Positions 8,694 through 18,979 are shown, counted from the stretch's first letter. The stretch: DNA of 33,488 nt from Gemmatimonadaceae bacterium (GCA_044224875.1 JBGAJQ010000059.1:1-33488); one strand, 5' to 3'. Notes: generated from the sequence alone by a model not told the origin. A program made the numbers and translations.

Positions 8694-10355
8694 TCAGGAG
8701 AGTTGCACGATCAGCGTGATCTGTGTGCTTCGCGTCAGCCCACCACCGACGCCGGTGACCGTGATGCTGTAGGTTCCGGCCACGATCGCCCCCTGCGCCG
8801 AGAACGAAACGACGGTTGCCACGCCACTGGACGGATTCGGCGATATGGTGGCGGTGACACCGGCAGGAACACCCGTCAGCGTGAACGTCACGGGATTCGG
8901 AAAGGCGTTCCCGCGCTGAATGTCGATCGTCGTGGACACAACCTGCGGCGACCCGCCAAGAGCGGTCACCGTCCCACCAGGGCCAAGGGCAAAGTCGACG
9001 ACCGGCGCCGCGGTCACGGTGATTGGAACCTGCACCTGCGCGGTCGCCCCTGCGGCGGACCGGCCGGTGAGGGTAGCCGTCGCGGTCCCTGGCGTCGCGT
9101 TCACGGCGGCATCCAGCTGCAACGACGCCGAGTCACCGGTCGTGGTGGAAGGCGCGAAGGTCGCGGAGACACCGACTGGGACGTTCGTTAGGGTGAACCC
9201 CACCGCGTCGGTGACGCCGGGCAGCCGCGCCAACCGGATCGTGCCGGTCACACGCTGCCCAGGGTTGACGGTGAAGGACGCGGGCACCACGGCCATCGTG
9301 AACGGGGGCTGCAGACGCAAGGTGCCAAAGGCCGTGTGCGTCTGCCCCTGCCATGTCCCCTCAACGCCAAAGGCGAAGTCTCCGCCGGTGAGCTGAGCGC
9401 CGGCGGTGAGGGTGAGCGTCGCGGTCGTGCTTGGCGCCGGATTCGGTGTGATGCTAGCGGTAAGTCCCCCGGGCAGGGCCACTGCACGTAGCGTGACCGG
9501 GCCAACCTGACCGTTGCGGCTGACAGCGACAGGAATCGTCACATGACCGAATGGTGTGACTACGAAAGGCGTCTGGGGAATGCTCAGCGTGAAGGTCGCA
9601 GTCGGTAGGGGATCGACACGAACAGTGAACGCGCTGTCCCGCCGGACGTTCCCGGACACTGCGGTAACGAGTACGGTCGACGGGCCAAGGGACGCTCCCG
9701 GAGACACGGCGAGTTTCAGCTGCGAAACCGAGTCCGGGATTCCGAGCCGCGCCGGTGCAAAGGCCGCGGTCACGCCGTTCGCCGTCGTTGCGAAGAGGAA
9801 CACCGAATCGCTCTTCCCTCCCAATCGCGTGAGACTGATCGGCACAACGCCCGTGTCGCCTCGCATCACGCTGGTCGGACTCGTTCCGAGTTGGAGAACG
9901 ACGTCGGGAATGCGAATGGGAATTGCCGTCAGCATGCTTGCAACGCTACTAGACAACGGACCGCTCACGTGAGCGGCCGACATCTGCAGGTATGCGCGGC
10001 CACCGGCGGTGTTGCGGCGCGGCGTGATGAGGACGTCGACACTTCCGGTCGACGGAACCACAACTCGCTGTGAGTCGACAAGCCCAGGGGCGTACGTTGG
10101 CGCATCGATCAGCACACTCCACGTTGTGGTGAACGGATACCTCACACCGACCGTCACTCGCACGGTCTCCCCGATCTCGGCTACGATGGTGTCCGGCCGC
10201 GTCCACACTTCGTACGTACCGCTCCCACCTTGCGGTACCACCGTGCAGTTCCCGAATGCGTCACAAAGTATGTTGCAGTTGACGGACGTAATCGAAGCGA
10301 TCGCACCGGCGAGCATGGACAACAGGCGGGCCGGGCGGTTAGGACGCGCACGCAT
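8694..10355 (-). CDS. Secreted or lipoprotein with tandem Ig-like beta-sandwich repeats
   Basis: Signal-like N-terminus with Cys. About four repeats of roughly 100 aa (P.GVTA.F.P...LTL...A.PG...TV.G), rich in Thr/Val/Pro/Gly. Start uncertain (10355 or 10385). Confidence 0.75.
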   Translation of the reverse strand: MRARPNRPARLLSMLAGAIASITSVNCNILCDAFGNCTVVPQGGSGTYEVWTRPDTIVAEIGETVRVTVGVRYPFTTTWSVLIDAPTYAPGLVDSQRVVVPSTGSVDVLITPRRNTAGGRAYLQMSAAHVSGPLSSSVASMLTAIPIRIPDVVLQLGTSPTSVMRGDTGVVPISLTRLGGKSDSVFLFATTANGVTAAFAPARLGIPDSVSQLKLAVSPGASLGPSTVLVTAVSGNVRRDSAFTVRVDPLPTATFTLSIPQTPFVVTPFGHVTIPVAVSRNGQVGPVTLRAVALPGGLTASITPNPAPSTTATLTLTAGAQLTGGDFAFGVEGTWQGQTHTAFGTLRLQPPFTMAVVPASFTVNPGQRVTGTIRLARLPGVTDAVGFTLTNVPVGVSATFAPSTTTGDSASLQLDAAVNATPGTATATLTGRSAAGATAQVQVPITVTAAPVVDFALGPGGTVTALGGSPQVVSTTIDIQRGNAFPNPVTFTLTGVPAGVTATISPNPSSGVATVVSFSAQGAIVAGTYSITVTGVGGGLTRSTQITLIVQLS

Positions 10356-10583
10356 GGGTGACCTCGATGACAGGAGCGCCTGCACGCGGGCTCGGCTGCC
10401 GCTACCGTGCTTGCAGGCATCTGTCCCGAGTACGAAGTTCTGCGGCGAATTGGCTCACTGCCCCGTCAGCCGTGTCGCGCAAAGCCAACAGGTGAGCCAG
10501 TTCGGGGTGGCGTTCCGTACTGTATAGAGAGGCAGAGCTCTCCCCCCACGGTGCCCCATACCATCGCAGGCGCTTCGCATCTC

Positions 10584-11162
10584 ATGACTGGCTCGAGGCC
10601 GGACCTCACCGAGTTACTCGCAGCGTACAGCAGTGGCGAGCCGGAAGCACTCGGCGCCCTGATGCCGCGCATCTACGATGAGTTGCGTCAGCTCGCACAC
10701 CGTCACCTTGCGCGCGGGCGCCGAGGCGACACCCTCCTCACCACGGACCTGGTGCACGAGGTGTACCTCAAGTTGGTCGACGGAACGCGTGTGGAGGTCG
10801 CCGGGCGTCACCACTTCTTTGCCCTCGCTTCGCGAGCCATGCGACAGATTCTCATCGATCATGCACGCGCGCGGCAGGCGCTGCGGCGCGGGTCCGGGAA
10901 TCATCCGTTGACCTTGGACGACGCGCTGCCGGTGAGTGACGATCACACGCCCGAACTGTTGGAGCTGGACGATGCCCTGCGGCGTCTGGAGAGCGTGAGC
11001 GAGCGCCGCGCCCGCATCGTGGAGCACCGATTCTTCGGCGGACTGACACTCGAGGAGACGGCAGTCGCCCTGGACATCTCTCCGGCCACCGTCAAGCGCG
11101 AGTGGACGCTGGCGCGGGCATGGCTCAACCGGGAACTCGGGGAGACCAATGAGCACGAGTGA
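10584..11162 (+). CDS. ECF sigma factor, kinase-associated type (TIGR02999/ECF43-like)
   Basis: YDELRQLAHRHL, TLLTTDLVHEVYLKL, HFFALASRAMRQILIDHAR, RFFGGLTLEETA..TVKREWTLARAWL. Overlaps the kinase start. Confidence 0.9.
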   Translation: MTGSRPDLTELLAAYSSGEPEALGALMPRIYDELRQLAHRHLARGRRGDTLLTTDLVHEVYLKLVDGTRVEVAGRHHFFALASRAMRQILIDHARARQALRRGSGNHPLTLDDALPVSDDHTPELLELDDALRRLESVSERRARIVEHRFFGGLTLEETAVALDISPATVKREWTLARAWLNRELGETNEHE

Positions 11163-13725
11163 TCCCATGGACGTGCAGCGGCTCGCTGCGGAAGGCCTCT
11201 TCCTGGAGGCGCTGGACACCGCCCCTGAACATCGGACGGAACTCGTCTCGCGTCGCGCCGCGGGCAACCGTGCATTGGAAGCCATGGTTTGGTCGCTCCT
11301 ACGTGCGCACGAGGCGAGCGGGCCACTCGATCGCCTCGGCATCGCCCTCGGCGTGGATCGCGAACAGCCGGATGAACTCATCGGCGCCCTGGTCGGCCCG
11401 TACCGGTTGTTGCGTCGCATCGGTACCGGTGGAATGGGTGCGGTGTACCTGGCGGAGCGGGCCGACGGACAGTTCGACCATCGCGTCGCCATCAAGCTGC
11501 TCCGCACTGACCGCGCCTCGCAGAACCTCGGGCAGCGCTTCCTGAACGAGCGTCGGATCCTTGCCCAGCTCGTTCATCGCAACATCGCGCTACTCCTCGA
11601 TGGCAATGTCACTGAGAGCGGTAGGCCGTACCTCGTCATGGAATATGTCGAAGGGGCCATGTTGCTCGAGCATTGCGACCAGAAGCGACTGGGGGTACGC
11701 GATCGGTTGCGATTGCTGTTGGAGGTGGCGGCCGCCGTCGACTACGCCCACCGCCGGCTGGTCATCCACCGTGACTTGAAGCCCGGCAACACCGTGGTCA
11801 CCGACGACGGGACCGTGAAACTGCTGGACTTCGGGATCGCCAAACTCCTCGAGCCGGATGCTCCGTCACTCCCGGTGACCGCTACCGGTGCCCGCCTCAT
11901 GACGCCGGCGTATGCGTCGCCCGAACAAGTGCGCGGGGATGCCGTCGACACTGCGAGCGATGTCTACCAGTTGGGCGTCATGATGTACGAGCTGTTGACC
12001 GGCAAGCGTCCACATGACGATGGCGACGGATCGGTCGCCTTGGCGCACGCCATCGCCACGGTGGACCCGCTTCCCCCGTCGCAACGCGTCGCCGGGTACT
12101 CTACGGAGGCGGCGGCGACGCCCTTGGTCACCGCCCGTGGCACAACTGTGAATCGCCTGACGCGAACGCTGGAGGGCGATCTCGATCAGATCGTGCTCAA
12201 AGCGCTCCGGAAGGAGCCGGAGCAACGCTATCACACGGTCGCTGAATTTGCCGATGACATCGTCCGATTCCTGGAAGGGCGGCCGGTGCGTGCTCGGCGT
12301 GGCACCTGGCGGTACCGGGCGTCGCGTTTTGTCGGACGTCACCGCGCCGCCGTCATCGTAGCAGCCATGCTCGTCGTCTCGCTCATCGGCGGCATCACGG
12401 CGACGCTCTGGCAGGCGGGTCGGGCGCGCGAACAGGCGCGTGCGGCCGCACTCGAACGCGACCACGCCAAGGGCGAAGCGGCGCGCGCGGAACAGACCGC
12501 CCAATTCCTTATCGGCATGTTCTCCGCGGCCAACGACGGTTCCGTTCGCACGGACACGTTGCGGCTGCTTCCTGTCCTTGAGCGAGCCGTGCAGCGGCTG
12601 CCCGACGAGCTTCGCGGGCAACCGCAGCTGCAAGCGGCCGCCCAACTCACCGCCGCTCGGATCTACATCAAGCTGGGGCGGCTGGATGACGCCCGGCGGC
12701 TGGCCGATGATGCACTGAGAATTCAACAATCTCGTCCGATTGGAAGCGCTGACGATGGCATGGTCGAGGCACTCGACGTAGTGGGGTCCGTCGCCTGGGA
12801 ATCCGGCGACTTGAACACCGCGGCCCGCGCCTTCCAGGAGTCGGTGCAGCGCCTGGCGCACGGCCCAATCGACAGCACGCGTCATCATCGGCTGGCGGTT
12901 GCGTTTCGCAGCCTGAGTGGAGTCTTTTGGCGGCGGCGCAGTCTCGATTCGGCAGCCACAACCGCCGACTCAGCGACGGCGCATTTTGGTGTTGCGCACG
13001 CCACGGAGCACACGGACTACGCGGAGTTGCTGGACCTCCGCGGCGCCATCCTCGGCGCTCAGGGACGCGCCGCCGACGCCATCGAGCCCCAGCGAATGGC
13101 CCTCGCGCTGCGCCGCCGGCTCTTTGTCGCCCCCAACGCCGACATCGCGCGCAGCCTGAACAATCTTGGCACCAGTCTGTCGCGGCTGGGTCGTTACGAT
13201 GAGGCGCTCCAGATGCTCAACGAGTCCTTGAGCATGCGACGCGCGGTGTACGGTGCGGAAAATCCCGAAGTCGCCGTTTCACTGCACAACCTGGCGGCAA
13301 CCAAGGCCGCGCAGGGAGCGCGCGGTGAGGCCATTGAACTTTACCAGCAAGCCATCGCCATGCGGGGGCGGTTGCTAGGGGCCGGGCATCTGGATGTGGC
13401 CACGTCGCGCGCCGCGCTGGGGCTCTTGCATCACGCCGCAGGTGACGTCGGACAGGCGCTCCCGTTGTTACAGCAAGCGCTCCCAGCACTCGTCGTGGCA
13501 CTCTCGGCGTCCAATCCGAGCGTGCTCAAGGTGCGAGCAACGATCGGTGACTGCCTAACGACCATGCATCGATACGCGGACGCCGAGCGTGAGGTCGTGC
13601 CTGCAGTGGAGGGCCTGATCGTCGCCGTCGGCCGCGATCATGCGGAAACGCAGCGAGCGAGGGGGTTTGCCGTGCGACTGTACCAGGCGTGGGGAAAGAG
13701 TACCGTGGCGCAGAAGTACCAGTAG
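11149..13725 (+). CDS. Hanks-type Ser/Thr kinase with a transmembrane helix and TPR repeats
   Basis: IGTGGMGAVY, VAIK, HRDLKPGN, DFGIAK, TPAYASPEQ, then a hydrophobic helix and SLNNLG/SLHNLA TPR repeats. Confidence 0.93.
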   Translation: MSTSDPMDVQRLAAEGLFLEALDTAPEHRTELVSRRAAGNRALEAMVWSLLRAHEASGPLDRLGIALGVDREQPDELIGALVGPYRLLRRIGTGGMGAVYLAERADGQFDHRVAIKLLRTDRASQNLGQRFLNERRILAQLVHRNIALLLDGNVTESGRPYLVMEYVEGAMLLEHCDQKRLGVRDRLRLLLEVAAAVDYAHRRLVIHRDLKPGNTVVTDDGTVKLLDFGIAKLLEPDAPSLPVTATGARLMTPAYASPEQVRGDAVDTASDVYQLGVMMYELLTGKRPHDDGDGSVALAHAIATVDPLPPSQRVAGYSTEAAATPLVTARGTTVNRLTRTLEGDLDQIVLKALRKEPEQRYHTVAEFADDIVRFLEGRPVRARRGTWRYRASRFVGRHRAAVIVAAMLVVSLIGGITATLWQAGRAREQARAAALERDHAKGEAARAEQTAQFLIGMFSAANDGSVRTDTLRLLPVLERAVQRLPDELRGQPQLQAAAQLTAARIYIKLGRLDDARRLADDALRIQQSRPIGSADDGMVEALDVVGSVAWESGDLNTAARAFQESVQRLAHGPIDSTRHHRLAVAFRSLSGVFWRRRSLDSAATTADSATAHFGVAHATEHTDYAELLDLRGAILGAQGRAADAIEPQRMALALRRRLFVAPNADIARSLNNLGTSLSRLGRYDEALQMLNESLSMRRAVYGAENPEVAVSLHNLAATKAAQGARGEAIELYQQAIAMRGRLLGAGHLDVATSRAALGLLHHAAGDVGQALPLLQQALPALVVALSASNPSVLKVRATIGDCLTTMHRYADAEREVVPAVEGLIVAVGRDHAETQRARGFAVRLYQAWGKSTVAQKYQ

Positions 13726-14035
13726 CTGCCGGAAGTGTGCCGGGCCCTGAGTTCCACGTTCATCGCGCGGAACCGAGTTGCGGGAGCAAGGCCAACGTTC
13801 CGCGATGTTCATTGCAGGTACGACTCGACAGAGTCACTTTCGATCGAGGCAACCAGAGAGGCAAATGCGAAATCATCGGAGTCCGTCGGGTGGATGGCAC
13901 GGCATGTGGCCGGTGGGAGATGACGCCTTGCGAGGTCCCGAGGTGATACGCGGTTTGGAGCGGCGAGATCGCTGGCGTTTCGCTCTCTTCTGTCGGGGCG
14001 ACGCACAAGTCGGCCAATATTCGCCGAATCACGTC

Positions 14036-14725
14036 GTGAGATGCCTGGCGCTGCTATCCATGGTGTTCGTGGGCGTTGGGTGCGGGGGTCAGCGTACCGC
14101 CGAGGAGTCAGCGTTGGCTGGCAAGCCGTCAGCTGCGCCGAGCGTGGCAACGAGTCAAGCACCAGTGAACGCCGGACCGCAGGGCGGCAAGCGGACGATC
14201 ACCTTCAACGGTGCGGCGCTGAGTGAGCGCGGGTGGCGAGTGCTGGAGCAGCTCGAGGCATACTCGCGTGTGATACTTCCCGATGGCGCCTACTGGTACG
14301 ACGCCGAGTCAGGTGCGGCCGGCCAGTGGGGCGGTCCGGCGGCGGTGTTGCTGCTGCCGGGACTGCCGCTGGGCGGGGCACTGCCGGCCGATGCCTCGGG
14401 TGGCGGGTCGGGCCGGTTGTCTGGGGTGTTCGTGAATGGGCGCGAATTGCATCCGAATGACGTGAGCGCACTGACAGCGCTGCTCGGTCAAGTGTGGCCC
14501 GGGCGCTGGTGGGTGAATGCGCGCGGCGACTTTGGCCCTGAAGGCGGCGCGATGATGGGGAACCTACGCCAGGCCGCGGCGGCGCGTGGTGGGTCCGCCT
14601 GGTCCCACGGGAGCAGCGGGCCGAACGGCTTTTGGGCTGGCGGGGATGGGAACGGCTATGTCTGGGCGATGGACAACTACTCGGGTTGCAGCTTCGCGAG
14701 TGACGGCGGGGGTGTGATCTGCTAG
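14036..14725 (+). CDS. Putative Gly-rich lipoprotein with a YWYD...VFVNGRELH domain
   Basis: GTG 14036 gives MRCLALLSMVFVGVGC (lipobox-like), a linker and then a globular region. Confidence 0.7.
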   Translation: MRCLALLSMVFVGVGCGGQRTAEESALAGKPSAAPSVATSQAPVNAGPQGGKRTITFNGAALSERGWRVLEQLEAYSRVILPDGAYWYDAESGAAGQWGGPAAVLLLPGLPLGGALPADASGGGSGRLSGVFVNGRELHPNDVSALTALLGQVWPGRWWVNARGDFGPEGGAMMGNLRQAAAARGGSAWSHGSSGPNGFWAGGDGNGYVWAMDNYSGCSFASDGGGVIC

Positions 14726-14844
14726 GGAATGGCGCAGGGCGACCTTCCCTTAGGCCGGAGGCTTCGATTCTTGCGATTCCCCGTGTGCGCAGCGTGCCCG
14801 ACCCTTGTGGAACGGAGTGAACCCTGCACGTGCCTGGCTCACAT

Positions 14845-15834
14845 TCAAGAACCAGGCGCCGACGGCAACACGGCGCCACCCACTGCCGCCTCACGCGCCC
14901 GGTCGCGCGTCTTGGCCAGGGAAGCGAGGATTGACGTCGCGATCGTCACAATGACCACGCCCAGTGAGAGTCCAACGGGCACCTTGTAGACGTCAACGAG
15001 AATCATCTTCGCCCCGACGAACACCAGCACGGCCGCCAGCCCAAACTTCAGGTAGACAAAGCGGTGGACGACTCCCGCTAACAGGAAATACATCGACCGC
15101 AGCCCAAGAATCGCGAACACATTGGACGTGTAGACGAGGAACGGATCGCTGGTGATCGCAAAGATCGCCGGAATGGAGTCGATGGCGAAGACGAGGTCCG
15201 TCACCTCCACCAACACCAGGGCGAGAAAGAGCGGCGTCGCCAGCCAGCGCGGCTTCGCCGGAGCCGCCGAGGTGGGGTCGTCTTCCCGCACCCAGAAGCG
15301 CTGCCCATGGAAGGTACTCGTCAGCGGCAACCAGCGTCGCACCAGCCGGAGTACTGGATTCGCTGACGGGTCGTGGGCCTCCATGCGGCGTGCCATCTTG
15401 ATCCCGGTCAACACCAGCAAGGCGCCGAAGACATAGAGCACCCAGTGGAAGCGCTCGAGGACGATTGCCCCCAATCCGATGAACGCCCCTCGCATCAGAA
15501 GCGCACCCAGAATACCCCAGAACAACACGCGATGCTGGTACTGCGAGGGGATCGCGAAGTACGAGAACAACATCACGAACACGAAGATGTTGTCCACACT
15601 CAACGCCTTCTCGATCAAGTACCCGGTAAGGAACTGCGTCCCGGCGTCGGCGCCGCGTGATACGTAGATCACGCCGTTGAAGACGAGGGCGAGTCCGACC
15701 CACACCACGCTCCACACCGTGGCCTCTCGCAACGAAACGGTATGCGCCTTCCGGTGAAAGACCCCAAGGTCGATCGCCAGGAACAAGAGCACAACGCCGT
15801 TGAAGGCCAGCCACATCCAGAGAGGCGTGTCCAC
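14845..15834 (-). CDS. terC: TerC/Alx family membrane protein
   Basis: GYLIEKALSVDNIFVF, QHRVLFWGILGAL, DLVFAIDSIPA, SNVFAILGLR. Confidence 0.93.
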   Translation of the reverse strand: MDTPLWMWLAFNGVVLLFLAIDLGVFHRKAHTVSLREATVWSVVWVGLALVFNGVIYVSRGADAGTQFLTGYLIEKALSVDNIFVFVMLFSYFAIPSQYQHRVLFWGILGALLMRGAFIGLGAIVLERFHWVLYVFGALLVLTGIKMARRMEAHDPSANPVLRLVRRWLPLTSTFHGQRFWVREDDPTSAAPAKPRWLATPLFLALVLVEVTDLVFAIDSIPAIFAITSDPFLVYTSNVFAILGLRSMYFLLAGVVHRFVYLKFGLAAVLVFVGAKMILVDVYKVPVGLSLGVVIVTIATSILASLAKTRDRAREAAVGGAVLPSAPGS

Positions 15835-15874
15835 GGTTTGTCAGGAAGGAGTATGGGTTGTCATTGAGCGGCTG

Positions 15875-15901
15875 TCGGGCGCACCTTCATGGCGCGCCCG
15901 A
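15875..15901 (-). other. Intergenic GC-rich hairpin between htpX and terC
   Basis: TCGGGCGCGCC-ATGAA-GGTGCGCCCGA on the minus strand: an 11-bp stem with one G-U pair and no U-tract. Confidence 0.45.
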
Positions 15902-15918
15902 AGGGAGAATGCCGTCGG

Positions 15919-16782
15919 TCAAGCCGCTCGCGAGTGAGTCGGCTGCTCGGGCAGCGCCTCGAGGCGTCGTACGCGCTCGCCGGTCGAAGGGTGCGTCGAG
16001 AACCACCGGGACATTCGGCCGCCTAACGGCCCGAGAGGATTGATGATCGCCAGCGACGCCGCGGCCGGGGACATCGCCACCGGCTGGTACCGCGACTCCA
16101 CCTCCAGCTTCCACAGCGCACTCACGAGGTCACGCGGGCGACCGCAAATGGCCGCCCCCACACGGTCGGCATCGAACTCACGGTGACGACTGATCGTGAG
16201 CTGCAACAACGACCCCGCGATCGGTGCGACGAGCATGCCGAGCACCATGGCCAATGGCGAGGGGCCCTCGCCGTCTTCCCCCTGCGCACCGCCAAACATG
16301 GCCATCAGGCCCACGTTACTCAGGGCACCGGCCAGCGTCGCGGCGACCGACATGAGCAGCGTGTCGCGATTCTTGATGTGGGCGAGTTCGTGGGCCAGCA
16401 CGGCGTCCAACTCCTGCGGCGAGAGGCGCTCGAGCAGTCCCGTGGTTACGCACACCACGCCATCCGCGGGCGAGCGACCCGTCGCGAACGCGTTCGGCTG
16501 TTCCATGTCGGCCACCGCCACCTTCGGCATCGGCAGCCCCGCGCGCGTGCGGAGGCGATCGACAGCCATGTACAGTTCGGGCGCCTCGTCCGCCGTCACC
16601 GTTCTGGCGCGGTACGCGCGCAGGGCGAGGTTCGACGAGAAGTAGACCATGCCAAGGTTCATCACCCCGGCCATCACGAGCGACAGCACCAGCCCATTGC
16701 TGCCGCCGATCCCGTACCCAGCAGCGCCGACGAGACCGGTGAGCCCCGCCATCAGTACCGACAATTTGAGTGTGTTCCACAT
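15919..16782 (-). CDS. htpX: HtpX-like M48 zinc metalloprotease
   Basis: PNAFATGR, AHELAH zinc motif, SRHREFDAD, FSTHP. Start at ATG 16782 with GAGGAG upstream. Confidence 0.92.
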   Translation of the reverse strand: MWNTLKLSVLMAGLTGLVGAAGYGIGGSNGLVLSLVMAGVMNLGMVYFSSNLALRAYRARTVTADEAPELYMAVDRLRTRAGLPMPKVAVADMEQPNAFATGRSPADGVVCVTTGLLERLSPQELDAVLAHELAHIKNRDTLLMSVAATLAGALSNVGLMAMFGGAQGEDGEGPSPLAMVLGMLVAPIAGSLLQLTISRHREFDADRVGAAICGRPRDLVSALWKLEVESRYQPVAMSPAAASLAIINPLGPLGGRMSRWFSTHPSTGERVRRLEALPEQPTHSRAA

Positions 16783-17029
16783 TGCCTTCTCCTCTCGAAG
16801 TGTCTGGTGAGAACCCAAGGTCGTGCTGATCGGCAATCTTGCCGCGGTCACACGACGCGTCCTGGGCCGAAGGCGAGACGAGCGCGCCCGACCCACGCGC
16901 CCGCACCAGCCCTCCTCCACGCGGCAGGCAGGTCGTACGGCGCGTCTCGCCAAGCAGGCCTCAGTCGCCGACGAGCAAGGCCGACAGCCTGTTCTGACCC
17001 GTGCGACGAAGCCTAGACGGCATTCGTGG

Positions 17030-17080
17030 GATGCACAAATTGAATGTTTGATTGCTAACCATATAGATTCTGTATAGAAC
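17030..17080. promoter_or_regulatory. AT-rich divergent control region with a LysR-type T-N11-A site
   Basis: AT-rich island in GC-rich DNA just upstream of nhaR. TAGATTCTGTATA fits T-N11-A. Confidence 0.45.
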
Positions 17081-17096
17081 GCACGGGGGCGTCATC

Positions 17097-17996
17097 GTGG
17101 CCTGGCTCAACTATCACCACCTGCTCTACTTCTGGACGGTCGCCCGGCTGGGCTCCGTCACCAAGGCCTGCGAGGAGTTGCACCTGACGCAGCCGGCGAT
17201 CTCGGCGCAGCTGCGAACCCTCGAGCGGGCGCTCGGCGCCACGTTGTTCGAACGCCGTGGCCGATCCATGGTGCTCACCGACACCGGGCGAGTCGTCTTT
17301 GGCTACGCCGACGAGATCTTCGCCCTCGGCCGCGAGCTGCAACATACGTTGGCCGGCCGCCCGGGAGATCGCCCGCTACGCTTCGTCGTGGGGATGAGCG
17401 ACGGCATGCCAAAACTCGTCGGTTTTCGCCTGCTCGAACCGGCCATGGCCCTGCCGCAAGGCATCAAGTTGGTGCTGCGCGAGGATACGCCATCCAGGCT
17501 CCTCACCGAGCTCGCCACGCACACGCTCGACCTTGTGCTCACCGACACGCCCGCCGATCCGTCGGTGCGCGTGAAGGTCTTCTCGCACCTTCTAGGCGAG
17601 TCCGGCATCGAATGGTTCGCCACGCCTGAGCGGTACGCGGTCATGCGACGCCGGTTCCCGAAATCACTCAACGATGCGCCGTGGCTGGCGCCCCCCGAAC
17701 GCACGCCGCTCCGCCAGGACCTGGACGCCTGGTGCGAGCGTGTGGGCGTACGACCGCGTGTGCTCGCCGAAATCGAGGACAGTGCGGTGCTCAAGACGTT
17801 CGGGCAGGCGGGGGTGGGGGTATTCGCGGCACCGTCGGTGGTCGCGGACGAGGTGCGACGCCAGTTCGGCGTAAAGGCGTTAGGCACCGCGGAAGGGGTC
17901 ACGCAGCGATTCTACGCCATCAGCGCGGAGCGTCGGCTGTCGCACCCGGCCGTGCTGGCGATCACCTCGGCGGCGCGTCGAGAGTTGTTCGCATAG
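17097..17996 (+). CDS. nhaR: NhaR-like LysR family regulator
   Basis: WLNYHHLLYFWTVAR, LTQPAISAQL, YADEIFALGREL, EDSAVLKTFGQAG, FYAISAERRLSHPAV. Confidence 0.88.
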   Translation: MAWLNYHHLLYFWTVARLGSVTKACEELHLTQPAISAQLRTLERALGATLFERRGRSMVLTDTGRVVFGYADEIFALGRELQHTLAGRPGDRPLRFVVGMSDGMPKLVGFRLLEPAMALPQGIKLVLREDTPSRLLTELATHTLDLVLTDTPADPSVRVKVFSHLLGESGIEWFATPERYAVMRRRFPKSLNDAPWLAPPERTPLRQDLDAWCERVGVRPRVLAEIEDSAVLKTFGQAGVGVFAAPSVVADEVRRQFGVKALGTAEGVTQRFYAISAERRLSHPAVLAITSAARRELFA

Positions 17997-18142
17997 GTTG
18001 GAAGGCCGTACGCCGAGGATGCGCGACAGACGGTGCGTCCCCGTTCGCTTGCGGCAGATGCCGGGCGTGGTGACGTTGCCGTAGCTGCACAGGCACCAGT
18101 TGAGGTCTCGCGTTTCGGACCATACATCCCAAGGGTCGTGAC

Positions 18143-18979
18143 ATGCTGGTTCTATCCGTTGCCCTCCAACTCGCGGCGGCACAGGCGCAGGTAGACGCCG
18201 TCGATAGCGCCTTTCGCGCGCGCGTCGCCTCGGAAGGGCTCCCAGTAGCCGCCGCCGCGCAACTCGCCGACAACGCCGTGCTTCTCTACGCGGGTGCACC
18301 GCTGACGAAGGGCTCCCCGGCGGTTCTCACGCTTCTTACCCGAGCGGGGCTCGAGCGGTTGCAGCTGACGTGGACACGTACCGCCACTTGGGTAGCGAAG
18401 GCGCAGGACGTCGTGGTGACCTACTCGGCGTCCGGATGGAAACTTCGCGACTCGGCGGCGACACGAACCGGCGCGCTGACCATGGTCTGGCGAAAGACGG
18501 GCACGAGTTGGAAACTCGAGGCGTTGAACCTGGGCAACATCGACCTCGGCGCGCCGCCACTGAATCCCGAGAAGGCGCTCGACGTGCCAACTCCCTTGCT
18601 TCCCCGCGGCCCGGCACGCGCGGCGATCGAAGCGGACCTGGCGTTTTCGCAACTTGCCCAGGTCACCGACGCGCCAACGGCCTTCCGCGAGTTCGCCGCG
18701 GTTGACGCTGTGATGCTCGGACCCGGTGGCCCGTATCGTGGCAAAGACGCGATCTACAAGTTCCTGAGCGGGGGCGACCCAGCGCAGTGGTCGTGGCATC
18801 CACTCGTTGCCGGAGTGGCCGCCAGCGGTGACCTCGGCTACACCGTCGGATACGCGACCATCAATCCCCGCGACACGTCACAGCCCACCGCGTACTCCAA
18901 GTACCTCACGATCTGGATGCAGACTCCAGATGGCGTTCGTTTTGTGACGGATGGAGGGAATCCGCGCCCGCCGCAGTGA
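18143..18979 (+). CDS. Secreted protein with tandem NTF2-like (DUF4440-type) domains
   Basis: Signal peptide and two similar halves ending MVWRK..WK and SGDLGYTVG..KYLTIW..DGG. Confidence 0.78.
   Translation: MLVLSVALQLAAAQAQVDAVDSAFRARVASEGLPVAAAAQLADNAVLLYAGAPLTKGSPAVLTLLTRAGLERLQLTWTRTATWVAKAQDVVVTYSASGWKLRDSAATRTGALTMVWRKTGTSWKLEALNLGNIDLGAPPLNPEKALDVPTPLLPRGPARAAIEADLAFSQLAQVTDAPTAFREFAAVDAVMLGPGGPYRGKDAIYKFLSGGDPAQWSWHPLVAGVAASGDLGYTVGYATINPRDTSQPTAYSKYLTIWMQTPDGVRFVTDGGNPRPPQ

Noticed and set aside
15835..15918. Possible yybP-ykoY riboswitch directly upstream of terC
   Set aside because: The gap is short and lacks the conserved riboswitch sequences; only a simple hairpin is present.
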